From contig CAYPVP010000002.1 in assembly GCA_964414205.1 (NCBI GenBank), forward strand, positions 1-49,046: a stretch of DNA of 49,046 nt, in the 5' to 3' direction. This DNA comes from an uncultured Bacteroidaceae bacterium (GTDB lineage Bacteria; Bacillota; Clostridia; Christensenellales; CAG-917). Made by a program: the position numbers and the translations under genes. The notes beneath the pieces are model-generated. The model made no database searches. It saw nothing but the letters and a program-made list of their open reading frames with translations, and was not told the DNA's origin. Of this stretch, positions 19,140 through 29,172 are shown piece by piece; positions within the stretch are counted from its first letter, which is position 1; the number at the start of each line of letters is the position of its first letter.

Positions 19140-19769
19140 CTATTTATTTTTTTTCTTGTCATAAGTGCAAAAATCAAAAAGCGAGCAATTTTTGCAATCA
19201 GGTTTTTGTGAGTGGCAAGTATATCTTCCATGAAAAATCATCAAATGATGAAGTCTTGACCATTTTTCTTTTGGAAACAGTTTTTTCAGTTCTTCTTCAA
19301 TCTCCAAAGGATTTTTTGATTTTGCCAGTCCCAATCGATTTGCAACTCTTGAAACATGCGTATCAACAGCAATGGCATCTCCACCAAAAGCCTCCGAAAA
19401 CACCACGTTTGCTGTCTTTTTTCCAACGCCATCAAGCGTCATCAATTCATCAACATTGTTTGGAACATTTCCATCAAAATTTTCAACAATAGATTTTGAG
19501 CAACCTATAAGATTTTTTGCTTTGTTTCGATAAAAACCACAAGAATAAATCTTTTTTTCAAGTTGCGATTGTTCAATTTCAGCAAATTGGTTTGGGGTGT
19601 TCATTTCTTGAAAAAGTTTACGAGTTGTCTCGTTGACTCTCTTGTCTGTGCATTGTGCAGACAAAATGACAGCAACAAGCAGTTCAAAAGGTGAAGAATA
19701 AAGCAGTTCACATTTTGCATTTGGATGTTCTTCTTCAAGTTTTTCAAACAACAAATCAAAATTTTTCAT
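19140..19769 (-). CDS. nth: Endonuclease III
   Basis: HhH-GPD (LMTLDGVGKKTANVV) and a C-terminal 4Fe-4S loop CHSQKPDCKNCSLFDFC. Start trimmed to the ATG at 19769 (MKNFDLLFEKL), because the ORF-track start is a TTG. Confidence 0.9.
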   Translation of the reverse strand: MKNFDLLFEKLEEEHPNAKCELLYSSPFELLVAVILSAQCTDKRVNETTRKLFQEMNTPNQFAEIEQSQLEKKIYSCGFYRNKAKNLIGCSKSIVENFDGNVPNNVDELMTLDGVGKKTANVVFSEAFGGDAIAVDTHVSRVANRLGLAKSKNPLEIEEELKKLFPKEKWSRLHHLMIFHGRYTCHSQKPDCKNCSLFDFCTYDKKKNK

Positions 19770-19825
19770 CACAACATTATCGCACAAACTCAACAACATT
19801 GCAACTTTAAAGCATACAATTCTTT

Positions 19826-20077
19826 TCAAACCATTTTTGAAATTTTTCCACCAAAACTGATTGCAAAAGCACCCAAATAGGTGACAAATCTTCCACGAGC
19901 AAGAATGTTTTTTGCTCTTTCAAGTTCTCTTGTCATCATTTTGACAGACAAGCCACATCCAATGCCTGCCTCTTTTGGAGTGTTTATGATTTGTCCTGCA
20001 ATTCCATAGTTCAAAATTTGTTCATAAAATTTCATCGCTTCCGAACGAGAACGAAAAGCAAAAAAAATCTCTCTCAT
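19826..20077 (-). CDS. DUF3343-like small protein (putative S/Se carrier-like)
   Basis: 83 aa. The pattern FRSRSEAMKFYEQILNYGIAGQIINTPKEAGIGCGLSV matches my memory of the DUF3343 consensus (F.S...A...E..l...gi...liP.P......CG.al). Confidence 0.6.
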   Translation of the reverse strand: MREIFFAFRSRSEAMKFYEQILNYGIAGQIINTPKEAGIGCGLSVKMMTRELERAKNILARGRFVTYLGAFAISFGGKISKMV

Positions 20078-20164
20078 AGTTGCCCCTTTTAGAATAGAAT
20101 ATAGTAGATTGCTACTACCTTATATGCTATGCCAATGTTTACATAAAGTTGAAAGGAGAAAAAT

Positions 20165-21292
20165 ATGATTTATTTGGACAATTCAGCCACATCTCAATTC
20201 AAGCCGAATTCCGTGATAAAAGCAGTTTGTGATGAGATTAAAAACAGTTCTAACAGTGGCAGAAGTGGACACAAACTAGCCATAGAAAACGCTTTGAAAA
20301 TTGAAAAATGTCGCCAATTTTTGCTTGCAAAACTACATGGCGAAAATTCTCACAACATCATTTTTACAAAAAATGCAACTGAGGGACTAAATTTGGCATT
20401 GCTCGGATTTTTGAAAGAACACGACCATGTTGTAACCACATGTTTTGAACACAATTCTGTGCTTCGACCATTGTTTCATCTTGCAAAAAGCAAAGGTGTT
20501 GACATCACCATTGTCGAGCCAAAAGAAAATGGAATTTTTGTCACCGTTGAAGACTTGAAAAAACACATAAAACCAAACACAAAATTGATTGCGATAAACA
20601 CAGTGTCAAATGTCAATGGTGCGACATGTGACCACAAATCAATTTGCAAACATTTTGAGATTCCAATTTTGCTTGATGCCTCACAAGGACTGCCAATTCT
20701 CAATTTTGACCTAGAAAAAGAAAACATCGCATTTTTGGTTGCACCAGGTCACAAGGGTTTGCATGGCATTCAAGGCACAGGTTTTTTGGCTGTCCGAAAC
20801 GATTTGCAACTGACTCCATTGACATATGGAGGAACGGGAACAAACTCATACAGTCTGGACATTCCTGATTCTCCACCAGAAAGATATGAAACAGGAACGC
20901 TTTTTTCGGCTGGCATTCATGGACTATATTATGGAGCAAAATGGACATATGAAAACATCGAAAAAATCAAAAGCAACAACACCAAATTGAGCATGCAACT
21001 TGTTCACGCACTCAAAACATTGCAAGCAAAAGTTTTTTCAAACAACGCACAATCAGGGGTGATTTCATTCATTCTTCCAAATGTTGACCCTTCAATCACA
21101 GCAGACATTCTTGACAAAAATTTTGACATTGCTGTGAGAAGTGGTTTGCATTGCGCTCCTCTTGCACACAAATTTTTGGGAACATATGAAACGGGAACAG
21201 TTCGGGCAAGTCTTGGGGTTGAAACAACAACAAAAGATGTTGAGCAATTTGTTGTGGCTGTTGAAAAAATCAAATTGGGCATTGCAAAATAG
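20165..21292 (+). CDS. Class V aminotransferase / cysteine desulfurase-like
   Basis: 375 aa with MIYLDNSATS, the PLP-lysine region APGHKGLHG, and the C-terminal RSGLHCAP cysteine loop. AGGAGA RBS. Confidence 0.85.
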   Translation: MIYLDNSATSQFKPNSVIKAVCDEIKNSSNSGRSGHKLAIENALKIEKCRQFLLAKLHGENSHNIIFTKNATEGLNLALLGFLKEHDHVVTTCFEHNSVLRPLFHLAKSKGVDITIVEPKENGIFVTVEDLKKHIKPNTKLIAINTVSNVNGATCDHKSICKHFEIPILLDASQGLPILNFDLEKENIAFLVAPGHKGLHGIQGTGFLAVRNDLQLTPLTYGGTGTNSYSLDIPDSPPERYETGTLFSAGIHGLYYGAKWTYENIEKIKSNNTKLSMQLVHALKTLQAKVFSNNAQSGVISFILPNVDPSITADILDKNFDIAVRSGLHCAPLAHKFLGTYETGTVRASLGVETTTKDVEQFVVAVEKIKLGIAK

Positions 21293-21644
21293 CAATCACA
21301 TTCTAGAATTGAAAAAATGTTTGTTGCCAAACACAAACAAAATAAATGTTAGTGGAGATGTGCCAACAAAATAAAAGTTTGTTGGCAAGCACCAACACAA
21401 TATACAAAAGAAAAAAATTCCAACACCTGAGCATTAGAATTTTTTTTAATTTTTCAATACAATTCATTTGATTTTTCATTTTCAATTACATTGCTAATGC
21501 AACATTTTTGTTTCAATTTTGCATTTTGCAACTCAATTCAATATTTTGAATTTGAATTAAAATTTCAACACAAATTAGAGATTTCAATTAAACTACATTT
21601 TCTTGAAAAATTCAAATTTTTCAACCTTAATCACCATTTCCACT

Positions 21645-22754
21645 TTAACTCAAATTCAAAATTTTCAATTTGTCTTTTTTAAATGCAGAATTTAAAATTA
21701 TCCATTTTGCATCATATGGCGAAAGATTTGGATATTTTTGATTCAACAAGCAAACTGCACCTGCCACATATGGTGCAGAAACAGAAGTTCCACTCATTTC
21801 CATGTATGCAGAATGAGTCGACAGTCCTTTCACATGAACGCCCAAAGCATAGACATCAGGCTTTCTGACGCCACAAAATTCGCCACTTGAAGAAAAAGTG
21901 GCTTCAAAGTTGTCTTTGTCCACTGCTCCAACTGTAATAACATAAGGGCTGATGCCAGGTGACTTCAAACTGTTTCTTCCACTGTTTCCCGATGCACAAA
22001 CAACAGTGATTCCGTTTTTGACAAGAATTTCTGCACCAAGTTTCAGTGGGTCACTATATGACAAAGGTTCAGAGCCAAAACTCATGCAGACAGTTTTTAT
22101 GTTGAATTTTCTTGCATGGTCAATCACCCATTGCATGCCTTCAAGAACTTTGAATGCCCCTGATTCGCCTGTGTGTGAAATGACTTTCACTGCGACCAAA
22201 TCTGCCATTGGTGCAATTCCAACAATGTTTTTGCCCGAAACAACGCCATTGCCAAGTGCAACCCCAGCAACAAATGTTCCATGCCCATTGTCATCATATG
22301 GACTTTTTTTGTCATCAATCAAATCAACAAATTCTTTCACTCGATTTTTTGGCATGCAAAGGTCAAGGTGAGGAGAAACCCCTGTGTCAAGCGTGCAAAG
22401 TGTAGTTCCTTCGCCATTCAAATTTTTGGAAAAATCAAGCAAATTTGGTGGGCTTCCAAGTCGCCTCAATGCTTCAATGCCTTTTGAACCATATTCATCA
22501 TGTTCATCCAGGCAAGCAGTCACCCTTGTTTGCCGAGTCACATATTCAACGCAGTTCATTTCTGACAACAGTTTTGCATCTTGAAAATCACATTCAATTC
22601 CAATTGCAGAAATAAAAGGAAATTTTTTTACAATTTGAAATCGCCTTTCAAACTGCCAAAATGCACGCTTATCCCTGCAAAAAACAACTGCTTTCTCTTT
22701 ATGACCCTTTCTGATTTGTTTGACAAGTTCAAAATCTAGTTTTTTTTCAAACAT
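21645..22754 (-). CDS. Subtilisin-like S8 serine peptidase without a signal peptide (intracellular or Csp-like)
   Basis: Catalytic triad blocks are LDTGVSPHLD (Asp), HGTFVAGV (His) and SGTSVSAPYVAGA (Ser), with the oxyanion residue in SGNSG. The N-terminal ~90 aa look like a propeptide, and there is no hydrophobic leader. Confidence 0.85.
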   Translation of the reverse strand: MFEKKLDFELVKQIRKGHKEKAVVFCRDKRAFWQFERRFQIVKKFPFISAIGIECDFQDAKLLSEMNCVEYVTRQTRVTACLDEHDEYGSKGIEALRRLGSPPNLLDFSKNLNGEGTTLCTLDTGVSPHLDLCMPKNRVKEFVDLIDDKKSPYDDNGHGTFVAGVALGNGVVSGKNIVGIAPMADLVAVKVISHTGESGAFKVLEGMQWVIDHARKFNIKTVCMSFGSEPLSYSDPLKLGAEILVKNGITVVCASGNSGRNSLKSPGISPYVITVGAVDKDNFEATFSSSGEFCGVRKPDVYALGVHVKGLSTHSAYMEMSGTSVSAPYVAGAVCLLNQKYPNLSPYDAKWIILNSAFKKDKLKILNLS

Positions 22755-22755
22755 T

Positions 22756-23067
22756 TTAAACTCCCAACATTTTCAAAAGTTTTTTTAGTTTGTCAAGTTG
22801 TTGCTGGTTCAAAAAGCCCTTGGCACGAGAATAAAATTCTTCCAATTCGCCTTTTGACAATTTTCCTTGTTTTTTCAAATCAGATGCAGTTTTCAACATT
22901 TCTTGCATAAGTTCACTTTCATTTTTGTTTTTCAACTTATCAAATTTTTTCTCCATGTCATCAGCATCTTCTTTGCTTATGTCATCAGCAAATTTTTTTG
23001 CTTTTTCTGCCTTTTTCTTCATATCATCATATTGACTTTTTTGTTTGTTCCATGTTTTAAAATCCAT
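22756..23067 (-). CDS. Hypothetical 103-aa K/E-rich helical protein, 1 nt upstream of the S8 peptidase start
   Basis: ATG at 23067 with a GAGGAA RBS. The longer 247-aa ORF-track version is rejected. Confidence 0.55.
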   Translation of the reverse strand: MDFKTWNKQKSQYDDMKKKAEKAKKFADDISKEDADDMEKKFDKLKNKNESELMQEMLKTASDLKKQGKLSKGELEEFYSRAKGFLNQQQLDKLKKLLKMLGV

Positions 23068-23132
23068 AATTTCCTCACTAAAATAATATATGTTTGCATA
23101 TAATGTAATGTTAAAAAATAATGGAGAAAAAA

Positions 23133-23681
23133 ATGAATATTGACCCAAACATGATGAATATGATGATGAACATGATGTCAAACAAAAAAGTTGGTTCAGA
23201 GCAACCTCCCCCACAACAACCTCAACCAAAGGCTGAACCAAAAGGTTATTGCCGAAGTTTTGAGTCTGAAAATCAAATGAACCAAAGTGATTTTTCTCAA
23301 CAAGCAAACAATAACAATCAAACAAACAATCAAAGCCAATCAAACAATCCTTTTGATTTTTCAAAAATGATGTCGATGTTTGGTGGCAACAACAATTCTG
23401 AAAACAGCAATTCAAGTGGTTTTGCAAGTTTGCTACCACAAATGATGGGAATGTTTCAAGGCAAAAATTCAGTTTCAAATTCTCAACAAAGCACATCACA
23501 AAGCAATCAAGAATCTGCTCAAAATGGAAGTTTCAATGATGAATTTGAAGAAGAAAAATCGGAAAGTTTTCAACAGCAAGTGAAATCAGCAAACTTTGAA
23601 GATGTAAAAGGTTTTTGTGGAAACGAAATCAATCAAACACTTGAAAAATTGTATAACAAAAAACGCCCAACCAAAAGGTAG
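23133..23681 (+). CDS. Hypothetical Q/N/M/S-rich low-complexity protein
   Basis: ORF 23121..23681. GGAG at 23123 favours the ATG at 23133 (MNIDPNMMNMMMNMM...). It ends inside a terminator hairpin. No family recognised. Confidence 0.5.
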   Translation: MNIDPNMMNMMMNMMSNKKVGSEQPPPQQPQPKAEPKGYCRSFESENQMNQSDFSQQANNNNQTNNQSQSNNPFDFSKMMSMFGGNNNSENSNSSGFASLLPQMMGMFQGKNSVSNSQQSTSQSNQESAQNGSFNDEFEEEKSESFQQQVKSANFEDVKGFCGNEINQTLEKLYNKKRPTKR

Positions 23682-23692
23682 TGGGCGTTTTA
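23658..23692. terminator. Bidirectional intrinsic terminator (glyA and the Q/N-rich ORF)
   Basis: acgccca (23663-23669) pairs with tgggcgt (23682-23688). There is a T6 on the minus strand and a T4 on the plus strand. Confidence 0.65.
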
Positions 23693-23730
23693 AAATACAT
23701 AAGATAAAAATAATTTAGTTGAATGATTAG

Positions 23731-24984
23731 TTACATGATGACATCGTCAGCATACAAAGGATATTTTGCACAAAGTTTTGCAACTCTTGCTTTGACATCT
23801 TCAACAGCACTTTCATCTTTTTCTACAATGTCTGCAATCATATTTCCAATTTCAACCATGTCTTCTTCAACCATGCCACGAGCAGTGATTGCAGGAGTTC
23901 CAATTCTAACCCCAGAAGTGACAAATGGCTTTTCAGGGTCATTTGGAACTGCGTTTTTGTTAGCAGTGATGTTTGCTGAATCAAGAAGTTCTGCCAAACG
24001 CTTTCCTGTCATTCCTGTTCCAATCAAATTGACCAACATAAGATGGTTGTCAGTTCCACCAGAAACAAGTTTTACACCACGAGCAAGCAAAGTGTCTGCA
24101 AGTGTTTTTGCATTGTTTTTGATTTGAAGTTGATATGCTTTGAATTCAGGTGACAATGCTTCTTTGAAAGCAACTGCTTTTGCTGCGATGACGTGCATCA
24201 AAGGTCCACCTTGTGATGCAGGGAAAATTGCTTTGTCGATTGCTTGTGCAAATTCTTGCTTGCACATAATCATTCCACCACGAGGTCCACGAAGTGTCTT
24301 GTGAGTTGTTGTTGTGACAAAGTCAGCATAAGGAACAGGGCTTGGATGAAGTCCTGTTGCAACAAGACCAGCAATGTGGGCAATGTCAACCATCATCAAA
24401 GCACCAACTGCATCGGCAATTTCACGGAATTTTGCAAAATCAATGACTCTTGGATAGGCAGAAGCACCAACAACAATCATTTTTGGTTGAATTTCTTTTG
24501 CAAGTTTCATGACTGCATCATAGTCAATTCTTCCAGTTTCAGCATCAACACCATATTGAACTGAATTGAAAAGTTTTCCTGAAAGAGAAACTTTTGCACC
24601 GTGAGTCAAGTGTCCACCATCTGCAAGAGACATTCCCATGATTGTGTCACCAGGTTTGAGCATTGCATTGTAAACTGCAAGGTTGGCATTTGAACCACAG
24701 TGAGGTTGTACGTTCACATGGTCGCAACCAAAAAGTTCTTTTGCTCTTTCAATGGCAAGATTTTCGCAGACATCAACATATTTGCAACCGTCGTAATATC
24801 TTTTTGCAGGATATCCTTCGGCATATTTGTTTGTCAAGTGTGAGCCTGTTGCAGCCATGACAGCAGGTGAAACAAGGTTTTCACTTGCAATGAGTTCAAG
24901 ACAATTTTGTTGTCTGTGAAGTTCATCAACCATAGCGTTGTAAACTTCAATGTCAGCATCTTTGATTGATTTTAAATCGATCAT
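23731..24984 (-). CDS. glyA: Serine hydroxymethyltransferase
   Basis: 417 aa with the PLP-lysine block [14 protein letters not shown]. Confidence 0.97.
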   Translation of the reverse strand: MIDLKSIKDADIEVYNAMVDELHRQQNCLELIASENLVSPAVMAATGSHLTNKYAEGYPAKRYYDGCKYVDVCENLAIERAKELFGCDHVNVQPHCGSNANLAVYNAMLKPGDTIMGMSLADGGHLTHGAKVSLSGKLFNSVQYGVDAETGRIDYDAVMKLAKEIQPKMIVVGASAYPRVIDFAKFREIADAVGALMMVDIAHIAGLVATGLHPSPVPYADFVTTTTHKTLRGPRGGMIMCKQEFAQAIDKAIFPASQGGPLMHVIAAKAVAFKEALSPEFKAYQLQIKNNAKTLADTLLARGVKLVSGGTDNHLMLVNLIGTGMTGKRLAELLDSANITANKNAVPNDPEKPFVTSGVRIGTPAITARGMVEEDMVEIGNMIADIVEKDESAVEDVKARVAKLCAKYPLYADDVIM

Positions 24985-25054
24985 TTTTAATCTCCCATAT
25001 AAAACTATTGTGTTTTGTTTTTATTGTGTTTTGTATATTTATTTCACTATTGAT

Positions 25055-25372
25055 TTAGCAGTGCTTTTCCAAAGTCGAAACAATGCCTTCTTTTGAACGA
25101 ACTCCAACAATTTTTTCAACAACTTCACCGTTCTTAAAAATCAAAATTGTAGGAATTGCTTGAATTCCAAATCTTTCTGCAATTTCAGGTTCTTCATCAA
25201 CATTGACTTTTCCGATAATTGCTTTTGAAATCATTTCAGAAGTCAACTCCTCAATGACTGGTGCAAGAAGTTTGCATGGTCCACACCAATTTGCCCAAAA
25301 ATCCACCATTACAGGAATTTCAGTTGTAGAAATCGTGCTGTCAAAATTGTGTTTTGTCAAATTCAATTCCAT
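25055..25372 (-). CDS. trxA: Thioredoxin
   Basis: 105 aa with the WCGPCK active site. GGAG RBS. Confidence 0.95.
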   Translation of the reverse strand: MELNLTKHNFDSTISTTEIPVMVDFWANWCGPCKLLAPVIEELTSEMISKAIIGKVNVDEEPEIAERFGIQAIPTILIFKNGEVVEKIVGVRSKEGIVSTLEKHC

Positions 25373-25380
25373 TCTATCTC

Positions 25381-25827
25381 CTAAATCTTTTTTTGATTGA
25401 AATCCAAAGGTTTTCTTTCAACTTCTGTTGCATCGGCAATTCTTACCATTTGTGGGGAATAGCCTTTTTTGTTCCTGACAAGTTTGTCACATCCAAGTGC
25501 AATCAAAAAACCAACAACAAGTCCAACCATTGCCAAAACAATTTCGTAGATTTCACCCCAAATCGACCCGACACCAATGCCAACGCCGACCAATATCAAA
25601 GGTATTATATAAACTATAAATGCTGCTGTCAACACAAATTTGTCGCCCATTTCCACTTCAACATAGTCACCAACATTGACATCAAGTGAGTTTTTCAAAA
25701 CAGTTTTGACTTTCATTCCATCTTTGGTGACTGCACACATATGACAAGAATCACATGCAGATTTACGGTCAAATTCTACGGTTGCTTTTGAACCTTTGAT
25801 TTTCACGACTTGTCCAATTTCTGTCAT
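25381..25827 (-). CDS. RseC/MucC-family (SoxR-reducing-system-like) membrane protein
   Basis: From the ATG at 25827, 1 nt (25828) after the hisS stop codon (25829-25831): MTEIGQVVKIKGSKATVEFDRKSACDSCHMC..., then two TM helices. This is the typical RseC architecture. Confidence 0.7.
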   Translation of the reverse strand: MTEIGQVVKIKGSKATVEFDRKSACDSCHMCAVTKDGMKVKTVLKNSLDVNVGDYVEVEMGDKFVLTAAFIVYIIPLILVGVGIGVGSIWGEIYEIVLAMVGLVVGFLIALGCDKLVRNKKGYSPQMVRIADATEVERKPLDFNQKKI

Positions 25828-25828
25828 A

Positions 25829-27184
25829 TCATTCCTCGTGATTGCAACCATTGCAACAGCCTTCACAACTGCCACACTCGCATTCGCAATCTTCGTCAAA
25901 ATCATCTCCACCCATCTCAATTGATTCAAATTCACAAATTGTTTGCCAAATGTCTTCAATTTCAATTTCAATTTCACGTTCAAGTTTTGAATTCATTGAT
26001 TTCAAAACAATTTTGTTCTTTTCAATTTCATCATCACCCAAAACCACAACAAATTTTGCATTTGTTTTGTTTGCATATTTCATTTGTGCCTTGATGCTTT
26101 TGTCCATCAAATCAAAATCAACAGAAAAACCGTTGTTACGCATTTCATTTGCAATGCTCAATGCCTTGATTTTTGCATTTTCTCCAATGGTTGCGATGTA
26201 CAAATCGTTTGAATAGTCTTTCCATTCATCAGTGATTTTTTCATTGTCCAAAACCATCAACAATCTTTCAATTCCCAAACCAAAACCAACAGCAGGTGTA
26301 TGTTTTCCACCAACTTCTTCTACAAGTCCATTATATCTTCCACCACCACAAACTGTTCCTTGTGCACCAATTGAATTTGTGACAAACTCAAAAACAGTTC
26401 TTGTGTAGTAGTCAAGTCCACGAACAATCATAGGATTGATTTTGAAATCAATTTCTTGTGCAATCAATGCTTTTTGCAAACCATCAAAGTGATTTTTGCA
26501 ATCAGAGCACAAATAGTCAATGATTTTTGGAGCATTTTGAGTGATTTTTTTGCATCCTTCTTCCTTGCAATCAAGAATTCTCAAAGGGTTTTTTTCAAAT
26601 CTTTCACGGCAAGTTGGACACATTTTGTTTATGTTGTCGCCCAAATATTCTTTCAATGCTTTGTGATAATCTTTTCTGCATGTTGGACAGCCAATGCTGT
26701 TTATGTTGAGTTCCAATTTGTCAAGTCCAAATTGCTCAAAAAAGTTTTTTGCAAGTGAAATGACTTCTGCATCAGCCAAAAAACTGTCTGAACCATAAAG
26801 TTCAACACCAAATTGGTGATGTTCACGAAGGCGTCCACTTTGTGGCTTTTCATATCTGAAAACTGGTGTCAAATAAAACATTTTGAGAGGCAAAGTTGAT
26901 GCTTGCAAGTTTTCAACAAAACTTCTTGCAACACCTGCTGTTCCCTCTGGCTTCAATGTCATGCTTCTGCCACCTTTGTCATCAAATGTGTACATTTCTT
27001 TGTTGACAATGTCGGTTGTGTCACCAACTCCTCGCAAAAACAATTCTGTGTGTTCAAAAACTGGTGTTCTTATCTCTTTAAAACCATATCGCATTGCAGT
27101 TTCCAATGCAATTCCTTCAATGTGTTGCCATCTGTATGATTCGTTTGGCAAAGCATCCTTTGTTCCCTTTGGAATTGTAATCAT
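25829..27184 (-). CDS. hisS: Histidine--tRNA ligase with a Cys-rich acidic C-terminal tail
   Basis: Class II motifs (KGTKD, FRYEKPQSGRLREHHQ, GGGRYNGLV). Start set to the ATG at 27184 (AAGGAG RBS). About 35 extra C-terminal aa read GGDDFDEDCECECGSCEGCCNGCNHEE. Confidence 0.92.
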   Translation of the reverse strand: MITIPKGTKDALPNESYRWQHIEGIALETAMRYGFKEIRTPVFEHTELFLRGVGDTTDIVNKEMYTFDDKGGRSMTLKPEGTAGVARSFVENLQASTLPLKMFYLTPVFRYEKPQSGRLREHHQFGVELYGSDSFLADAEVISLAKNFFEQFGLDKLELNINSIGCPTCRKDYHKALKEYLGDNINKMCPTCRERFEKNPLRILDCKEEGCKKITQNAPKIIDYLCSDCKNHFDGLQKALIAQEIDFKINPMIVRGLDYYTRTVFEFVTNSIGAQGTVCGGGRYNGLVEEVGGKHTPAVGFGLGIERLLMVLDNEKITDEWKDYSNDLYIATIGENAKIKALSIANEMRNNGFSVDFDLMDKSIKAQMKYANKTNAKFVVVLGDDEIEKNKIVLKSMNSKLEREIEIEIEDIWQTICEFESIEMGGDDFDEDCECECGSCEGCCNGCNHEE

Positions 27185-27293
27185 AAAATCTCCTTGACAA
27201 TGAGAAAACTTGACATCAGTCAAGCATCTCATTTTTTGGCTAAACCAGTTTCTATTTTGCACCAAAATTCATTTTTTGGCAACAAATTGCATA

Positions 27294-28604
27294 TTAAAGA
27301 ATGAATTTTCTAAGGTTTCCTGCTTTCATTGCAGAATCCAAATGTTCTTTTGCATAGTCAAGTGTCACATTAAATTCAGAAACTGTTGTTTCATCGGCTT
27401 CAAACAAGACTTTTTCAAGCAAGTTTTCCAAAACTGCATGCAACCTTCTTGCACCAAGATTTTCAGTGTTTTCGTTTTCAAAATAGGCAACTTTTGCAAT
27501 TTCACGAATTGCCTCATTTTCAAATGACAATTCAACGCCATCAACTTTCAACAAAGCCTTGTATTGTTTCAAAACGGCATTGTCAGGTTCGGTCAAAATT
27601 TTGACAAAATCTTCTTCTGACAAATTTTCAAGTTCGACTTTGATTGGAAAACGACCTTGCAATTCAGGAATCAAATCGGACATCTTTGAAATGTGGAAAG
27701 CACCTGCTGCAATAAACAAAATGAAATCGGTTCTGATTGAGCCATGTTTTGTTTGCACAGTTGAACCTTCAACAATCGGCAAAATGTCCCTTTGAACACC
27801 TTCTCTTGAAACATCAGGACCATGTCCACCTGCTCTGCCTGCAACTTTGTCAATTTCGTCCAAGAAAACAACTCCGTCTTGTTCGGCTCTGCGCAATGCT
27901 TCTTGAACAATGGCTTCTTGGTCAATCAATTTTTCACTTTCGGCATTGATGATGATATTTTTGGCTTCCAAAACTGAAATTTTTCTTTTTTTGGTTTGAT
28001 TTGGGTTCATAATTCCCCCAAAAATGTCACCAATGTTGATTGATGTGTCTCCACCTGGTTGAAGTTGCAACTCTTTTGGTTGAATTTTGACTTCCATTTC
28101 AACTTGAATGCTGTCGAGATGTCCCATGCGTAGTTCTTGCAAAAGTTCTTCACGAAGTTGAGCATCAGGCAAATCTGTTCCTGCTTTTTTTCTGATTGGA
28201 AGCAACAAATCAACCAATGATTTTTCTGCAACTTCCTCGGCTTTTGGCTTCACTTCTTTAAATTTTTCATCTTTGACCATTCTGATTGAAACTTCAACCA
28301 AATCACGAATGATGCTTTCAACATCTCTGCCAACATATCCAACTTCGGTGAATTTTGTTGCTTCGACTTTTACAAATGGTGCTTTAACAATTTTTGCAAG
28401 TCTTCTTGCAATTTCAGTTTTTCCAACACCAGTTGGTCCTTTCATGATGATGTTTTTTGGAGTGATTTCTTCACGAATTTCTTCTGGCAAACGGCTTCTG
28501 CGATAGCGATTGCGAAGTGCAATTGCCACAGCAACTTTGGCATCGTGTTGCCCAATGATATATCTGTCAAGTTCTTGAACAATTTGTTTTGCAGTAAGTT
28601 CCAT
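27294..28604 (-). CDS. hslU: ATP-dependent protease ATPase subunit HslU
   Basis: [17 protein letters not shown], Walker [16 protein letters not shown], and DEIDK. ATG at 28604 with an AGGAGG RBS. Confidence 0.95.
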   Translation of the reverse strand: MELTAKQIVQELDRYIIGQHDAKVAVAIALRNRYRRSRLPEEIREEITPKNIIMKGPTGVGKTEIARRLAKIVKAPFVKVEATKFTEVGYVGRDVESIIRDLVEVSIRMVKDEKFKEVKPKAEEVAEKSLVDLLLPIRKKAGTDLPDAQLREELLQELRMGHLDSIQVEMEVKIQPKELQLQPGGDTSINIGDIFGGIMNPNQTKKRKISVLEAKNIIINAESEKLIDQEAIVQEALRRAEQDGVVFLDEIDKVAGRAGGHGPDVSREGVQRDILPIVEGSTVQTKHGSIRTDFILFIAAGAFHISKMSDLIPELQGRFPIKVELENLSEEDFVKILTEPDNAVLKQYKALLKVDGVELSFENEAIREIAKVAYFENENTENLGARRLHAVLENLLEKVLFEADETTVSEFNVTLDYAKEHLDSAMKAGNLRKFIL

Positions 28605-28614
28605 AAAATTCCTC

Positions 28615-29148
28615 CTAAACTGTTTCAACAGTGATGTGGTCATTTGTGAAAACACAAAGTTGGCTTGCAATCAACAAAGATTTTTTTGCGATTTCAGGAG
28701 CAGAAAGATTTGTGTTTTGAGTGAGCGCACGTGCAGCAGCAAGGGCATAGTTTCCACCTGAGCCGATGGCACAAACTCCACTTTCTGGCTCGATGACCTC
28801 GCCCGTTCCACTGACAATATAAAGATTGTCCTTGTCAGCAACAATAAGCATTGCTTCAAGTTTTCTTGGCATGTTGTCACTTCTCCAAAGTTCTGCAAGT
28901 TCAACAGCACTTCTCATCAAGTTTCCTGAATATTTTTGCAACATCGATTCAAATTTTTCTGAAAGAGCGAAAGCATCAGCAACAGAACCTGCAAAGCCAA
29001 CAACGACTTTTTCGTTGTAAATTCTTTTGACTTTTACAGCGTTTCCTTTGAAAATTACACTTTCTCCCATTGTAACTTGTCCATCTCCTGCAACTGCTGT
29101 GATTCCGTTGCATTTTACGGCACAAATTGTAGTTCCTCTCATTTCCAT
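28615..29148 (-). CDS. hslV: ATP-dependent protease subunit HslV
   Basis: The Thr N-terminus (GTTICAVK) and [14 protein letters not shown]. Confidence 0.95.
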   Translation of the reverse strand: MEMRGTTICAVKCNGITAVAGDGQVTMGESVIFKGNAVKVKRIYNEKVVVGFAGSVADAFALSEKFESMLQKYSGNLMRSAVELAELWRSDNMPRKLEAMLIVADKDNLYIVSGTGEVIEPESGVCAIGSGGNYALAAARALTQNTNLSAPEIAKKSLLIASQLCVFTNDHITVETV

Positions 29149-29172
29149 TTTCCAAACTCCTTTGGCATTAGC

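Noticed and set aside
21293-21644. 350-bp AT-rich spacer with a 9-bp-stem hairpin (gccaacaaa/tttgttggc, 21362..21386) as a possible sRNA or riboswitch
   Set aside because: No T-run follows the hairpin, and I recognised no conserved aptamer core. The rest is low-complexity ttcaa/aattt sequence. This is insufficient evidence for a feature.
22756-23499. 247-aa minus-strand ORF from the ORF track
   Set aside because: Only the last 103 aa (from the ATG at 23067, with an RBS) look protein-like. The upstream 144 aa are Cys/Phe/Leu-rich and lie antisense to the Q/N-rich plus-strand ORF and the shared promoter region.
27185-27293. T-box leader upstream of hisS
   Set aside because: Only about 110 nt separate hisS from the hslU stop, which is too short for a T-box. 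I found no T-box consensus (AANNNGGGTGGNACCGCG). The weak hairpin cttgac-tgat-gtcaag there is more likely an hslU terminator or attenuator.
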